Source: Clostridia bacterium (GTDB lineage: Bacteria; Bacillota; Clostridia; UBA1212). From it: a DNA stretch of 64,000 nucleotides. The stretch spans positions 59,025 through 123,024 of the forward strand of contig JAFSVU010000004.1 of the NCBI GenBank assembly GCA_017444825.1, given 5' to 3'. Positions within the stretch are counted from its first letter, which is position 1, and each line of letters starts with the position of its first letter. The notes under the pieces are model-generated. The model did no database searches, was not told the origin of the DNA, and was given only the letters and a program-made list of their open reading frames with translations. This document shows, piece after piece, positions 1 through 9,403 of this stretch. A program made the position numbers and the translations under genes.

Positions 1-2778
1 TGGCTCCTCCTTTTCAAAAACGAGACTCACAACCACCCCACAGAGATCGAGCCCTTCGGCGGCGCCTCCACCTGCATCGGCGGAGCCATCAGGGACCCCC
101 TCTCAGGCCGTTCCTACGTCTACGGGGCAATGCGCGTAACAGGTGCGTCCGACCCGACAGTTCCCGTTGACGAGACGATCCCCGGAAAGCTTCCACAGAG
201 AAAGATCGTCACCGAGGCGGCTGCGGGCTACGCGTCCTACGGAAACCAGATCGGTCTTGCCACAGGCATCGTTGACGAGATCTACCACCCGGGCTATGCC
301 GCAAAGCGCATGGAGATCGGAGCCGTTATAGCCGCGGCGCCGGCGGCCAATGTGCGCCGCGAGCGTCCCGCGCCGGGCGATGTGGTCATACTTCTCGGCG
401 GAGCCACAGGCCGCGACGGCATCGGCGGCGCAACGGGCTCGTCAAAAGCCCACGATTCCCACAGCGTGGAGACCTGCGGAGCCGAGGTCCAGAAAGGCAA
501 CGCCCCGGAGGAGCGGAAGCTCCAGAGGCTGTTCAGAGATCCCGAAGCCTCCCGCATGATAAAGCGTTGCAACGACTTTGGCGCGGGCGGCGTCTCTGTT
601 GCCATTGGCGAGCTGGCTGACGGTCTCGACATCGACCTTGACGCGGTGCCCAAGAAATACGAAGGCCTTGACGGTACGGAGCTTGCCATTTCGGAGTCCC
701 AGGAGCGCATGGCTGTCGTGGTGGCGCCGGAGGACGCAAATGCATTCCTCGCTCTCTGCTCAAAAGAAAACCTGAGCGCTACCCCCGTTGCGAAGGTCAA
801 ATCCGAGCCACGCCTCACCATGACCTGGAGAGGCAGCAGGATCGTCGACATCAGCCGCGAATTCTTAGACTCGAGCGGCGCTGAAAAACACGCCAATGCA
901 TCAGTCTCAAAGCCGGTCCTCGAAAGCGAATCGGTGACGGGCAATTTTACAGAAAACTACAGGAAACTCTCATCCGACCTCAACGTATGCTCGAAGCGGG
1001 GCCTTGCGGAGCGCTTTGACTCCACCATCGGAGCCGGCACGGTCATGATGCCCTTCGGCGGCGACCTCCAGCTCACGCCCTCCCAGGCGATGGTCCAGAA
1101 GATATCAGTTGAGCACGGCCACACCGATGACTGCTCCTTTATGGCCTGGGGCTACGATCCCTTTGTTTCGGAAAAGAGCCCCTACCACGGGGCATATCTC
1201 GCGGTGGTGGAGTCCGTATGCAAGCTGATCGCGTCCGGCGCGTCCTTTGACGACACCTACCTCACGTTCCAGGAATACTTCGAAAGACTCGGAAGCGATC
1301 CCCACCGCTGGGGCAAGCCTCTCGCCGCTCTTCTCGGCGCCTTCAGGGCCCAGATGGATCTCGGCATAGGCTCCATTGGCGGCAAGGACTCCATGTCCGG
1401 CTCCTTTGAAAACATCCACGTTCCGCCCACCCTCGTGTCCTTTGCGGTCACCACGGACAAGGCGGAAAACGTCATCACACCGGAGTTCAAGCAGGCAGGA
1501 AACACCGTTGTCCTCCTCAGTCCCAAAACCCGGGAAAGCGGCCTTCTGGGCCCTGAGTCGCTCATTGGCGTCTTTAACAAGGTCACAGCTCTGATGCGGA
1601 GCGGCCGCGTGGCAGCATGCTTCACCCCCGCCATGGGAGGTATCGCCGCGGCAGTTATGAAAATGGCTTTCGGCAACGGTTTTGGCTTCGACTTCGCGCC
1701 GACCTTCACCCTAAATGACCTCTTCTCCCGCTGCAACGGATCCTTCGTGATCGAGCTCACCCCCGGCGAGATTCCTGCAGGCGCAGTAACGCTTGGAACG
1801 GTCACCGACAACGCCTCGTTCACCTTCGGCGGCGAATCGATCTCCATCCATGAGCTTCTCTCATCATACGAGAGCCCTCTTGAAAGCGTCTACCCCTGCA
1901 ACATCCACCAGAGCGGCAAGAAGCCCGAGGCCTTCACTTTTGAGTGTGAAAACCGCAAAGCACCTGCCGTAAAGGTTGCAAAGCCCAGTGTGCTCATACC
2001 CGTTTTCCCCGGCACAAATTGCGAATATGACAGCGCAAAAGCGGTGGAGGACGCAGGCGCGGAAGCGAAGCTCTTTATCGTGAAGAACCTGACCGCTGAG
2101 GACGTGGCCTTCTCGGTTGAAAAATTCGCCAATGAGCTCAGCGCCTCCCAGATCGTTTTCATACCGGGAGGCTTCTCCGGCGGAGATGAGCCCGACGGAA
2201 GCGGCAAGTTCATAACCGCCTTCTTCAGAAACGCTGCGGTAAAGGACGGCGTCACGGAGCTTCTTTCAAAGCGTGACGGCCTTATGTGCGGCATCTGCAA
2301 CGGCTTCCAGGCTCTCATAAAGCTGGGCCTCGTTCCCTACGGAAAGATCATTGACGTGGACGAGAACTGCCCGACTCTCACCTTCAACACAATAGCGAGG
2401 CACCAGTCCCGCATAGTAAGGACCCGCGTGGCCTCCAACATGTCCCCCTGGCTCTCACTTACAAAGCCCGGTGAGATCTATAGCGTTCCCATCTCCCACG
2501 GAGAAGGCAGGTTCCTGGCCTCGGAAGACATGATACGCACCCTCGCTGAGAACGGCCAGATCGCCACACAGTACGTGGACCTTGAGGGCAACGTCACAAG
2601 CGACATCCATTTCAACCCCAACAACAGCGCCTTCGCCATCGAGGGCATCACGTCCCCCGACGGCCGCGTCTTCGGCAAGATGGGCCACAGCGAGCGCATT
2701 GGCAAATACCTTTACAAAAATGTTCCCGGCAACTACGACATAAGAATGTTTGAAGCTGCCGTGAAATATTTCAGGTAG
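1..2778 (+). CDS. purL: Phosphoribosylformylglycinamidine (FGAM) synthase, single-chain large form; 5' end lies outside the window
   Basis: Frame 1 is open from nt 1 and reads ...ETHNHPTEIEPFGGASTCIGGAIRDP..., a PurL signature. The C-terminal class-I glutamine amidotransferase carries GICNGFQAL (nucleophile Cys) and HGEGRF. Stop at 2776-2778. Confidence 0.93.
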   Translation, partial: WLLLFKNETHNHPTEIEPFGGASTCIGGAIRDPLSGRSYVYGAMRVTGASDPTVPVDETIPGKLPQRKIVTEAAAGYASYGNQIGLATGIVDEIYHPGYAAKRMEIGAVIAAAPAANVRRERPAPGDVVILLGGATGRDGIGGATGSSKAHDSHSVETCGAEVQKGNAPEERKLQRLFRDPEASRMIKRCNDFGAGGVSVAIGELADGLDIDLDAVPKKYEGLDGTELAISESQERMAVVVAPEDANAFLALCSKENLSATPVAKVKSEPRLTMTWRGSRIVDISREFLDSSGAEKHANASVSKPVLESESVTGNFTENYRKLSSDLNVCSKRGLAERFDSTIGAGTVMMPFGGDLQLTPSQAMVQKISVEHGHTDDCSFMAWGYDPFVSEKSPYHGAYLAVVESVCKLIASGASFDDTYLTFQEYFERLGSDPHRWGKPLAALLGAFRAQMDLGIGSIGGKDSMSGSFENIHVPPTLVSFAVTTDKAENVITPEFKQAGNTVVLLSPKTRESGLLGPESLIGVFNKVTALMRSGRVAACFTPAMGGIAAAVMKMAFGNGFGFDFAPTFTLNDLFSRCNGSFVIELTPGEIPAGAVTLGTVTDNASFTFGGESISIHELLSSYESPLESVYPCNIHQSGKKPEAFTFECENRKAPAVKVAKPSVLIPVFPGTNCEYDSAKAVEDAGAEAKLFIVKNLTAEDVAFSVEKFANELSASQIVFIPGGFSGGDEPDGSGKFITAFFRNAAVKDGVTELLSKRDGLMCGICNGFQALIKLGLVPYGKIIDVDENCPTLTFNTIARHQSRIVRTRVASNMSPWLSLTKPGEIYSVPISHGEGRFLASEDMIRTLAENGQIATQYVDLEGNVTSDIHFNPNNSAFAIEGITSPDGRVFGKMGHSERIGKYLYKNVPGNYDIRMFEAAVKYFR

Positions 2779-2896
2779 AACGGTTGAAAAAGGCAGAACG
2801 GAGAAAAAACAGAAGGAACCAAAAAAAGCAGAAAGAACCGAAAAAGCAAAAAGAACGGAGAAAAACCAAAAAGTCTGACAGGTATTCAGACAAAAG

Positions 2897-2941
2897 AGCG
2901 AGCCGCAGGAAAAGCCTCACATTGAGGTACCGGGGCTCGCT
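2897..2941. terminator. Hairpin between convergent purL and carbonic anhydrase genes (possible bidirectional terminator)
   Basis: An 8-bp stem pairs agcgagcc (2897-2904) with ggctcgct (2934-2941). An inner hairpin cctca/tgagg sits in the loop. Short T-runs lie on both strands (tgttattta on +, cttttg on -). Confidence 0.4.
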
Positions 2942-2968
2942 TGTTATTTATATCGCTTTGAAAGGTTC

Positions 2969-3502
2969 TCAGCAGATGATCCTGACCTCTCCGCTTAATA
3001 TGTCGTAGATCGCTCCTGCCACCGTCACGTCCTCATGATGGAAAAACACTCTTCTGATGCCTTCAACACCTTCCTTAACGTTTAGAGCACAGGCCTTCTC
3101 CGGATCCTGCTCATCGCCCGCGGCATTCTTGATGCGGTTCGTAATGACGCCAACGGTCCCACCGAACTCACCTGCAAGCGCAGCCTTCACCGCACCGCAA
3201 CCGGTATGGCCAAGTACGATCACAGTGCCCGCCTTAAGGTGCTCCACCGCGTATTCGATGCTCCCGAACTCGTGTACACCGATCACGTTTCCCGCAGTCC
3301 TTATGACAAACAGTTCCCCTATTCCTGCGGAAAATATCGCCTCCGGAATCACCCTGGAATCGGAGCAGGTTATTACGACTGCGCAGGGATGCTGCCCGTC
3401 TTTGTTTTCCGCCCTTTTGGCGGCAGAGACGTCGCCTCTGAAGATCCCGGTCTTTTGATAGCGCTCGTTTCCCTCAAGAAGTTTCTTGATCCTTTCGTTC
3501 AT
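2969..3502 (-). CDS. Beta-class carbonic anhydrase
   Basis: Zn-ligand motifs CSDSRV and HTGCGAV are present. Length is 177 aa. RBS GGGGG lies before the ATG. Confidence 0.9.
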   Translation of the reverse strand: MNERIKKLLEGNERYQKTGIFRGDVSAAKRAENKDGQHPCAVVITCSDSRVIPEAIFSAGIGELFVIRTAGNVIGVHEFGSIEYAVEHLKAGTVIVLGHTGCGAVKAALAGEFGGTVGVITNRIKNAAGDEQDPEKACALNVKEGVEGIRRVFFHHEDVTVAGAIYDILSGEVRIIC

Positions 3503-3560
3503 GATGTTACCCCCTTTAATGTTTCAAATGATCCCGGACATTCGTATTGGTCACAAGGTA

Positions 3561-3589
3561 AGTTTACTGAACTGCTCTATATTTGTCAA
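3561..3589 (-). promoter_or_regulatory. Sigma-A-like promoter for the carbonic anhydrase gene
   Basis: On the minus strand, TTGACA (3584-3589) is followed by a 17-nt spacer and TAAACT (3561-3566), about 60 nt upstream of the ATG. Confidence 0.4.
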
Positions 3590-3661
3590 TGAAACATGCC
3601 ATAATGAAAAGAGGCAGCAGATTACCCCGTTGCCCCTTCTTTCTTTGATTTGTCTGGACTA

Positions 3662-4330
3662 TCAGTCTTTGTTCAGATCTTCGATTATTTTAGTTACTAT
3701 AGCCTCAATCTGTTCTTCATTCATTACTTTTCCGGAATCATTGAGAGCCTTTGTTACAGCTTCGCTGATGGTGTCTTCGGAAATTGATGTAGTGATCTGT
3801 TTTGTGATCGCCTCGCTGATAATACCACCCAATTCTTCTTTTGAAATATCGTTTGACGGAAGCTTGGCCATTACCTGTTCAACTATTTTTTTCAGATCTT
3901 CATCCGTGAGCTTACTGTGGTCAGTAATGACCACATCGATTTCCTTGCCCGTCTGGTTTTCGAGAGCCTTGGTCACCAGAGCAACTATCTCCTCCTTGCT
4001 AAGCTGACCAATGTTCTCCGGAGCATTTATCAACACTATCCGGTTTTTTGTTTCTTTTTCAGCAAGCTCTTCTAAGACCTTATCAACAGCCCTATCCAAA
4101 TCCTCTTGAGTCATATATTTACCATTGTCATAGTTTGCTATTATTGCGTCAAGTTTATCATTAATATCTTCTTTCTGCTCGATTGCCCTGCCGGAAGCGC
4201 TGAAAACGCTACGCATAATCAGCCAAAAGATTATGAAAACCAATAGCACGACAATGATTACAAGAATAACTTCGACCCAGTTCCGGCGTTTTCCAGGCAT
4301 TTTGTCCGGTTCTTTTTGTGTATTTGGCAT
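3662..4330 (-). CDS. Single-pass membrane protein with acidic helical-repeat ectodomain (hypothetical)
   Basis: Start moved to the ATG at 4330, which is preceded by AAAGGAGGTG. An N-terminal TM segment (VEVILVIIVVLLVFIIFWLIM) is present. Repeats of the 'T..D..KA..E' type resemble the N-terminal part of the upstream pilin-like protein. Confidence 0.6.
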   Translation of the reverse strand: MPNTQKEPDKMPGKRRNWVEVILVIIVVLLVFIIFWLIMRSVFSASGRAIEQKEDINDKLDAIIANYDNGKYMTQEDLDRAVDKVLEELAEKETKNRIVLINAPENIGQLSKEEIVALVTKALENQTGKEIDVVITDHSKLTDEDLKKIVEQVMAKLPSNDISKEELGGIISEAITKQITTSISEDTISEAVTKALNDSGKVMNEEQIEAIVTKIIEDLNKD

Positions 4331-4365
4331 GTTTACACCTCCTTTTTTGTTCTGATTTTTCCGCT

Positions 4366-6270
4366 TTAGTCTGCGGTCATAGTTATTGTAAGCCCTGGAA
4401 CCTCGCATAAGAACGTCTCTTGCCAAGCATTTCCGGCATATGCGTTCCAAACTAAAGCAACGCCGGCTGTTGTAACTCCTTCAGCCGTGGTAGAATTGAG
4501 CATATTCCCTATATTATCAATAACGCCATAAAGACTCGAAACGCTAAGCGCCGTAGGATAAAACTCTGTCCAATCCTTCCAAACAGGAGAGCTGGAAGAG
4601 ATGTCCTCACCTGCGGTACTGTTTGAATTGTTCATTTTACCTCTGATCCCTTCGTACCAGCCAGCATAAGTGTTTTGAACAAACGCAATTCCTAAACCCT
4701 TTCTATAGTTAAAATCGATCATGCGTCGAACAACTTCGCTCTCAACATGTCTATAATCAGTAGTATTTCCGGTGCATTGCCCACACAGTTTAACTAGTAT
4801 AGCATCTGACCAGCCACCTAAAACGGTTTCGACATAGTATTCCAAGCTTGTTTCCGCGCCGGCAGAAAGCTCATTGATGTACTGATTTATAAAGTTTGTA
4901 TCGACGGATGCATAAGTCGTTAAACTATTATCTTTTAGCCATTTTCGGTAATCGTCAAATAATCCTCCCTGAGTTAAATATGGAATGTATTCTCCCGGTA
5001 AAGTGACATAATTGCCGTTTCCGTCAAGCGAATATATGGTTCCGTCACTTATTATTATCTGCGCCGCATTACGAATTGCATCGATTATTCCTGAACTGAA
5101 TACTGAAGAATCAATATGGAAGTTATGCCCGCTGTTATCTACTATTTTTATTGTATACCCATTGGACATGCCCGGCATCTCATATACGTCCATAAATCTA
5201 CTGTTGATATCAACAGGATCAAGTATGATCGTTGCATTTTGAGGAACATTGTCAGGAATCGTATACGTGACAGTACCCATATGCCATACATACGTACTAT
5301 ATCCGGTAATTCCATAATCTAAGCTATTTGCAATGCTGAACAACTGCATTGCTTTTGTGGTTCCAATGGTGTCCCCGTTGTTATACTTATGGTCATCCAC
5401 GGTGTTATACGTCAATACACCTGTAATGTGATATTCAACAGAACCGGCGGAAACTACTGTGACTACCGCTGTAGCACTCTTGGTACCGGATGTTGCAGTG
5501 ATCGTTGCAGAACCGGCTGCAACGCCTGTTACAAGCCCCGTGGCATCGACAGTCGCAACAGCTGTATCGGATGATGTCCAGGTAACGGTTCTGCCCGAAG
5601 GCTCCGTTGTAGCAGAAAGCTGAACAGTATCCCCAATTTCAATTTCGTCCTCTGTTGGCGTGACAGTAATTCCTTGAACAAATTGTTCAAGAATTTTATG
5701 AACGATGGCCGCTATATCATCTTCATCAGGTACATTTTCAAGAGCGTCATCTACTACTTCATCAACGGCAGTCTTTATCGATGTATCAAGACCAATCTCT
5801 TCAATCGCTTTCAGTATATCATCCTTGGTTATAGCTGTTTTTGGAAGTTTAGAAATTATATCTTCAATGTACGATTCGTCTACACCGGCTCTTTCAAGAA
5901 TAACTCTTACTTGAACATCCGTCAGATTCTTTTTAATAAGCTCGTTAAATATCTTTGTCAGTTGCTCTTCGCTCAGTCCCATATCGTCATAACCTTCGAG
6001 GAGTGCGATTATATTCCCCGTGTTAACTTCGCCTTGGGTCAATTTTTCCATGAGAGATTTTTCAAAATCCTCCCATGTCATATAGTTGTTATTGAGAACA
6101 CGCTCTGCCATATCATTAATCTGCTGGCTGGTGCGATCCTGAAGAAATACGGAATCGTTAGCTTTTTTTATAATTGCGGCAAACGTTGGAATGAGTACGG
6201 CCGCTATTATTGCAATAATCGCTATAACGATAACAAGTTCGACTACAGTAAATGCTTTTCTTTTATTCAT
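4366..6270 (-). CDS. Prepilin-type N-terminal cleavage/methylation-domain protein with Big_2 (bacterial Ig-like) domain and large unknown C-terminal domain
   Basis: The N-terminus MNKRKA|FTVVELVIVIAIIAIIA has Phe+1 and Glu+5, matching a type IV pilin signal. The segment VQLSATTEPSGRTVTWTSSDTAVATVDATGLVTGVAAGSATITATS matches the Big_2 pattern. Confidence 0.8.
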   Translation of the reverse strand: MNKRKAFTVVELVIVIAIIAIIAAVLIPTFAAIIKKANDSVFLQDRTSQQINDMAERVLNNNYMTWEDFEKSLMEKLTQGEVNTGNIIALLEGYDDMGLSEEQLTKIFNELIKKNLTDVQVRVILERAGVDESYIEDIISKLPKTAITKDDILKAIEEIGLDTSIKTAVDEVVDDALENVPDEDDIAAIVHKILEQFVQGITVTPTEDEIEIGDTVQLSATTEPSGRTVTWTSSDTAVATVDATGLVTGVAAGSATITATSGTKSATAVVTVVSAGSVEYHITGVLTYNTVDDHKYNNGDTIGTTKAMQLFSIANSLDYGITGYSTYVWHMGTVTYTIPDNVPQNATIILDPVDINSRFMDVYEMPGMSNGYTIKIVDNSGHNFHIDSSVFSSGIIDAIRNAAQIIISDGTIYSLDGNGNYVTLPGEYIPYLTQGGLFDDYRKWLKDNSLTTYASVDTNFINQYINELSAGAETSLEYYVETVLGGWSDAILVKLCGQCTGNTTDYRHVESEVVRRMIDFNYRKGLGIAFVQNTYAGWYEGIRGKMNNSNSTAGEDISSSSPVWKDWTEFYPTALSVSSLYGVIDNIGNMLNSTTAEGVTTAGVALVWNAYAGNAWQETFLCEVPGLTITMTAD

Positions 6271-6406
6271 AATATATTTCCCTTTATCTATAATGGTTCT
6301 TTACTCGTGCAAAGCCTTGTACAACAGACATAGATTTACACAAGAAAAGAATGAAACGCACCTCTTAAACAAGATGGTGCATAAAGTACAATAAAAGGGA
6401 TTTCAG

Positions 6407-6952
6407 TCAACAATTTAGCCTGCAGATCATAATTAGGATCCCTCCACGATTCATTGGCGGCAATATCGCGGTAAAAATCTTTTTTGAAACCCTAGTCTCT
6501 GCTTTTTTTATCAGATGACTCGCTGCACATATAAACTCTTTTGTCATCTCAAAAACGCCGTGCATAACAACAACAATGCCCAGCGTTACTGCCAATGTAG
6601 ATACAGATATAATCGTTTTAATGACCGGAGTATTTATTACATTGCTTTTTTCGTTTAAAAATCGAACAATATTTGCCGGATTGAATTCATACAGAAAATT
6701 AATACGTTCTTCTGAATTCAAAAAGCCTAGTTGTGCAACGTCTAAAACCAACAATGCATAGACCCATGAAATTATCACAGCCCAAAACAAAACAATAGAA
6801 ACCAATGCCACCCGCATCTTTCTCTTATAAAACATATTAGAAAGATAAAGCATGCTCAAAAAGAGCATCGCAAGAATCATGACCAGCATTAGGTATAATT
6901 TCCCTTCAAATAAAAAAATAATAATAATTACCTTTGTATACAATAAAACCAC
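6407..6952 (-). CDS. Hypothetical polytopic membrane protein
   Basis: The 181-aa ORF has 4-5 hydrophobic segments and lies in very AT-rich DNA. Its start codon is uncertain. Confidence 0.45.
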   Translation of the reverse strand: MVLLYTKVIIIIFLFEGKLYLMLVMILAMLFLSMLYLSNMFYKRKMRVALVSIVLFWAVIISWVYALLVLDVAQLGFLNSEERINFLYEFNPANIVRFLNEKSNVINTPVIKTIISVSTLAVTLGIVVVMHGVFEMTKEFICAASHLIKKAETRVSKKIFTAILPPMNRGGILIMICRLNC

Positions 6953-7151
6953 ATAATATTAATTATGAACTACTATTATGTGTTAATATATGCGTTTTTA
7001 GTGATATATGATTATTATTGTGTTTAAAAGAACTTATTATAGAGGAAATAAACGAAAAGTGTTGACAGTCTGTTCAGTCAAATGATAATATACCTGCATA
7101 GTAAAGAATGATTTTGGGAACATAATTAATATTATGTTTACTTTTTTTATT

Positions 7152-8024
7152 TCAAACTGCCCTTCTCCGCCGTCTTATCGCCAATACAAAAGCAGTCAGG
7201 CATATAACCGTCAATATTATCAGATATGCCTTATACCTTCCGGTCTTGATGATCCACGGAATATCCCCGCTTGAAATCTCCCGCTTTTCCGAAGTTAAAA
7301 ACGCTTCCCCGTCGATATCCTTCCAGAGGTTCAGTTCCCTCATATCGATGCCTGCGGAATATGCGGACGTGGGGATGGTGGCGTTCATTTCGTCGGCTGT
7401 CACACCCTCTTCTGTCCGGTTGTTCGCGCCAAAGGCAAGGGCCCCTGCGCATACATTCCCGGTGATCTCACCTTCAAGCGTGCAGTCTGTCCTGCAGTTT
7501 AATATCATCCCGTTAAAATCATGGGCGATTCCCCCCGCCTCGGCGGCAATGACCGTCGCCTTAACGCAGCAGTTTATGATAAGACCCTTGTTCCCTGAGG
7601 AACTGCAGGCGATGCTCCCCGCGATGTCGCCTCTTATCACGCTGTTTTCAACGGAAAGATTCATAACGGTGCCGCCAAGCCTTCCGAAAAGCCCGTTTCC
7701 GCCCTCCCGAGAGGTCTCAAGCCCTGTGATAACGCGGCCGTTTCCGTCATAAGTGCCATCAAAAGAATTATCCGTTCCGTACATCCCGATAGGCACCCAG
7801 TCGATGCCCGAAAGGTCGACGTCCTCCGTCTGTCTGAAAAATTTCCTCTTAAAGCTGTTCCCGCCGTTAACAAGCCTTGAGAGTTCGCAAATGTCCGAGG
7901 CCGTTTCGATGATATAGGGATCCCACGAGGTCCCCGCCCCCTTGAAAGGAACATCAGCCACGCAGGCGGAAAGGACCGTAAGAAGCATTGCCAAAAGGAT
8001 CGCCACAAGGAGGAGCTTTTTCAT
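7152..8024 (-). CDS. Lipoprotein with GLUG-motif-like repeats and C-terminal TM anchor
   Basis: A lipobox LLTVLSAC is present. G-rich repeats (GGLFGRLGGTVMNLSVENS.., AGGIAHDFNGMILNC) follow. The C-terminus is a TM segment plus RRRRR. The ATG overlaps the upstream stop (ATGA at 8021-8024). Confidence 0.7.
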   Translation of the reverse strand: MKKLLLVAILLAMLLTVLSACVADVPFKGAGTSWDPYIIETASDICELSRLVNGGNSFKRKFFRQTEDVDLSGIDWVPIGMYGTDNSFDGTYDGNGRVITGLETSREGGNGLFGRLGGTVMNLSVENSVIRGDIAGSIACSSSGNKGLIINCCVKATVIAAEAGGIAHDFNGMILNCRTDCTLEGEITGNVCAGALAFGANNRTEEGVTADEMNATIPTSAYSAGIDMRELNLWKDIDGEAFLTSEKREISSGDIPWIIKTGRYKAYLIILTVICLTAFVLAIRRRRRAV

Positions 8025-9286
8025 TTCCGCGCCTCCTTCCCGAATACCAGCCGGTTCAGCCCTGCGGTGACCCCGTCAATGGCAAGTTTCAGCACTATCG
8101 CCCCAAGCACCGTGACCGGAATGCACACCCCAAAGAACATGATGTATCTTCCCCAAAGAGGCGCATTGGCGTAAAAAGAGGCGTTGCCTACCGTCATGTC
8201 AAAATAGATGAACACCTGCATGTGGATCACGTAAAACGGGAAAGTGATCTCCGAAAACCGGTCGATCACGCTGAGCATCCTGAATTTCTCAGGCGGCTTT
8301 TTCTTCGGCGCGGAAGGGTCGTGATAGCGGATGATGAGAGCCCCGCAGGAAACTATGTAAAGCGTCGGAAGAATATACCTGTAGATGAAATAGTCGTCCG
8401 GGAGCGCATTGGCGTAGATCCTTGAGGTGTAGATCACCAGCAGCAGAAACTGAAGATTGCATAACACGCCAATGACCCTGCTCCAAAAAGGCGACTTCTC
8501 CTCCGGCGCTTTTTCCTTAACGGAATGATTGATCATCGCAAGAAGGATCCCGCAGACGACAATGTCAAGATTCGAAAAAACAAAGGTGTAGACCCACGTG
8601 TACCAGTCCGCCTCGAAGTACCACAGAAGTCCCCTCACCGCAAGGCCTCCCGAAAGAGCCGCAAAAAATACGATCTTTCGGCCCCTCTCGCCGAGCTTAC
8701 TAATCAGCAGGAAAAGCCAGGGCATGAGCAGGCATATCTGCATCGAAAGAGAAAGATACCACAGGTGGCCGATACCTGCGATACCGCCCTCGCCGTTAAA
8801 CGTAAAGGTGAGTATTCTCAGCGCGATGCCGGGCTTTTTCCAGAGAAAAGTCCTGTCCGAGAAAAACTCGAAGGCAAAGCAGTATATGTAATATATCGGT
8901 GCGTAGCGTATGAACCGCTTAAGATAAAAGATCAGCACCTTTTTCACACTGACTTTCCGTGAAAGGGGGTCTTTATATATATCGTATCTGCCCGTCAAAA
9001 ACCCGTTTCCCAAAAGGTAACAGCTGAGAAGTATGAATATCCAGACTCCCGCCCAGGCAGGTGTCTTCGTAAGAAATACGAAAGGCCCCTCTGCGGTCTT
9101 CATTCCAGGTATGAACTCCGATCCGTGGAGGAAGAAAACAAAAAGAGCGGCCAGCACCCGGAGGAAATTCAGAATATCCGGATGATAACGCTCTTTTCTA
9201 TTAAGCTCCGCGGAAATTGCAGTCATAGGATCGGGTCCCTTTAAAGCCTTTTGGGGTCCGCCCCTTGAGGCCTTCCCCCGATGCAT
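8021..9286 (-). CDS. Acyltransferase family 3 (membrane O-acyltransferase)
   Basis: About 10 TM segments are present, and the N-terminus carries RYHPDILNFLRVLAALFVFFLHG, typical of acyltransferase_3. The true start may be the ATG at 9226. Confidence 0.8.
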   Translation of the reverse strand: MHRGKASRGGPQKALKGPDPMTAISAELNRKERYHPDILNFLRVLAALFVFFLHGSEFIPGMKTAEGPFVFLTKTPAWAGVWIFILLSCYLLGNGFLTGRYDIYKDPLSRKVSVKKVLIFYLKRFIRYAPIYYIYCFAFEFFSDRTFLWKKPGIALRILTFTFNGEGGIAGIGHLWYLSLSMQICLLMPWLFLLISKLGERGRKIVFFAALSGGLAVRGLLWYFEADWYTWVYTFVFSNLDIVVCGILLAMINHSVKEKAPEEKSPFWSRVIGVLCNLQFLLLVIYTSRIYANALPDDYFIYRYILPTLYIVSCGALIIRYHDPSAPKKKPPEKFRMLSVIDRFSEITFPFYVIHMQVFIYFDMTVGNASFYANAPLWGRYIMFFGVCIPVTVLGAIVLKLAIDGVTAGLNRLVFGKEARK

Positions 9287-9403
9287 TTATGATACAGTTT
9301 TTCCCCGGTATAATCAATATCCCCCGGCTTTTACACCGGGGGACATTGTAATTTGATAATCTTTTATCGCGCGGTCTCAGGCTGCGCCTTACCGCTTAAA
9401 AGA

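Noticed and set aside
2784-3008. A 74-aa Lys/Arg-rich ORF (MKKAERRKNRRNQKKQKEPKK...) on the plus strand
   Set aside because: It is simply the translation of the T-free A-rich tract. It starts from a non-ATG codon with no RBS and runs into the convergent carbonic anhydrase gene, so it is most likely non-coding.
7062-7091. A strong-looking plus-strand promoter: TTGACA, a 17-18-nt spacer, then TGaTAATAT
   Set aside because: It points into the 3' end of a minus-strand gene, with no plus-strand ORF or recognisable RNA downstream. It lies in extremely AT-rich DNA where such hexamers arise by chance. An antisense or sRNA role cannot be excluded but is unsupported.
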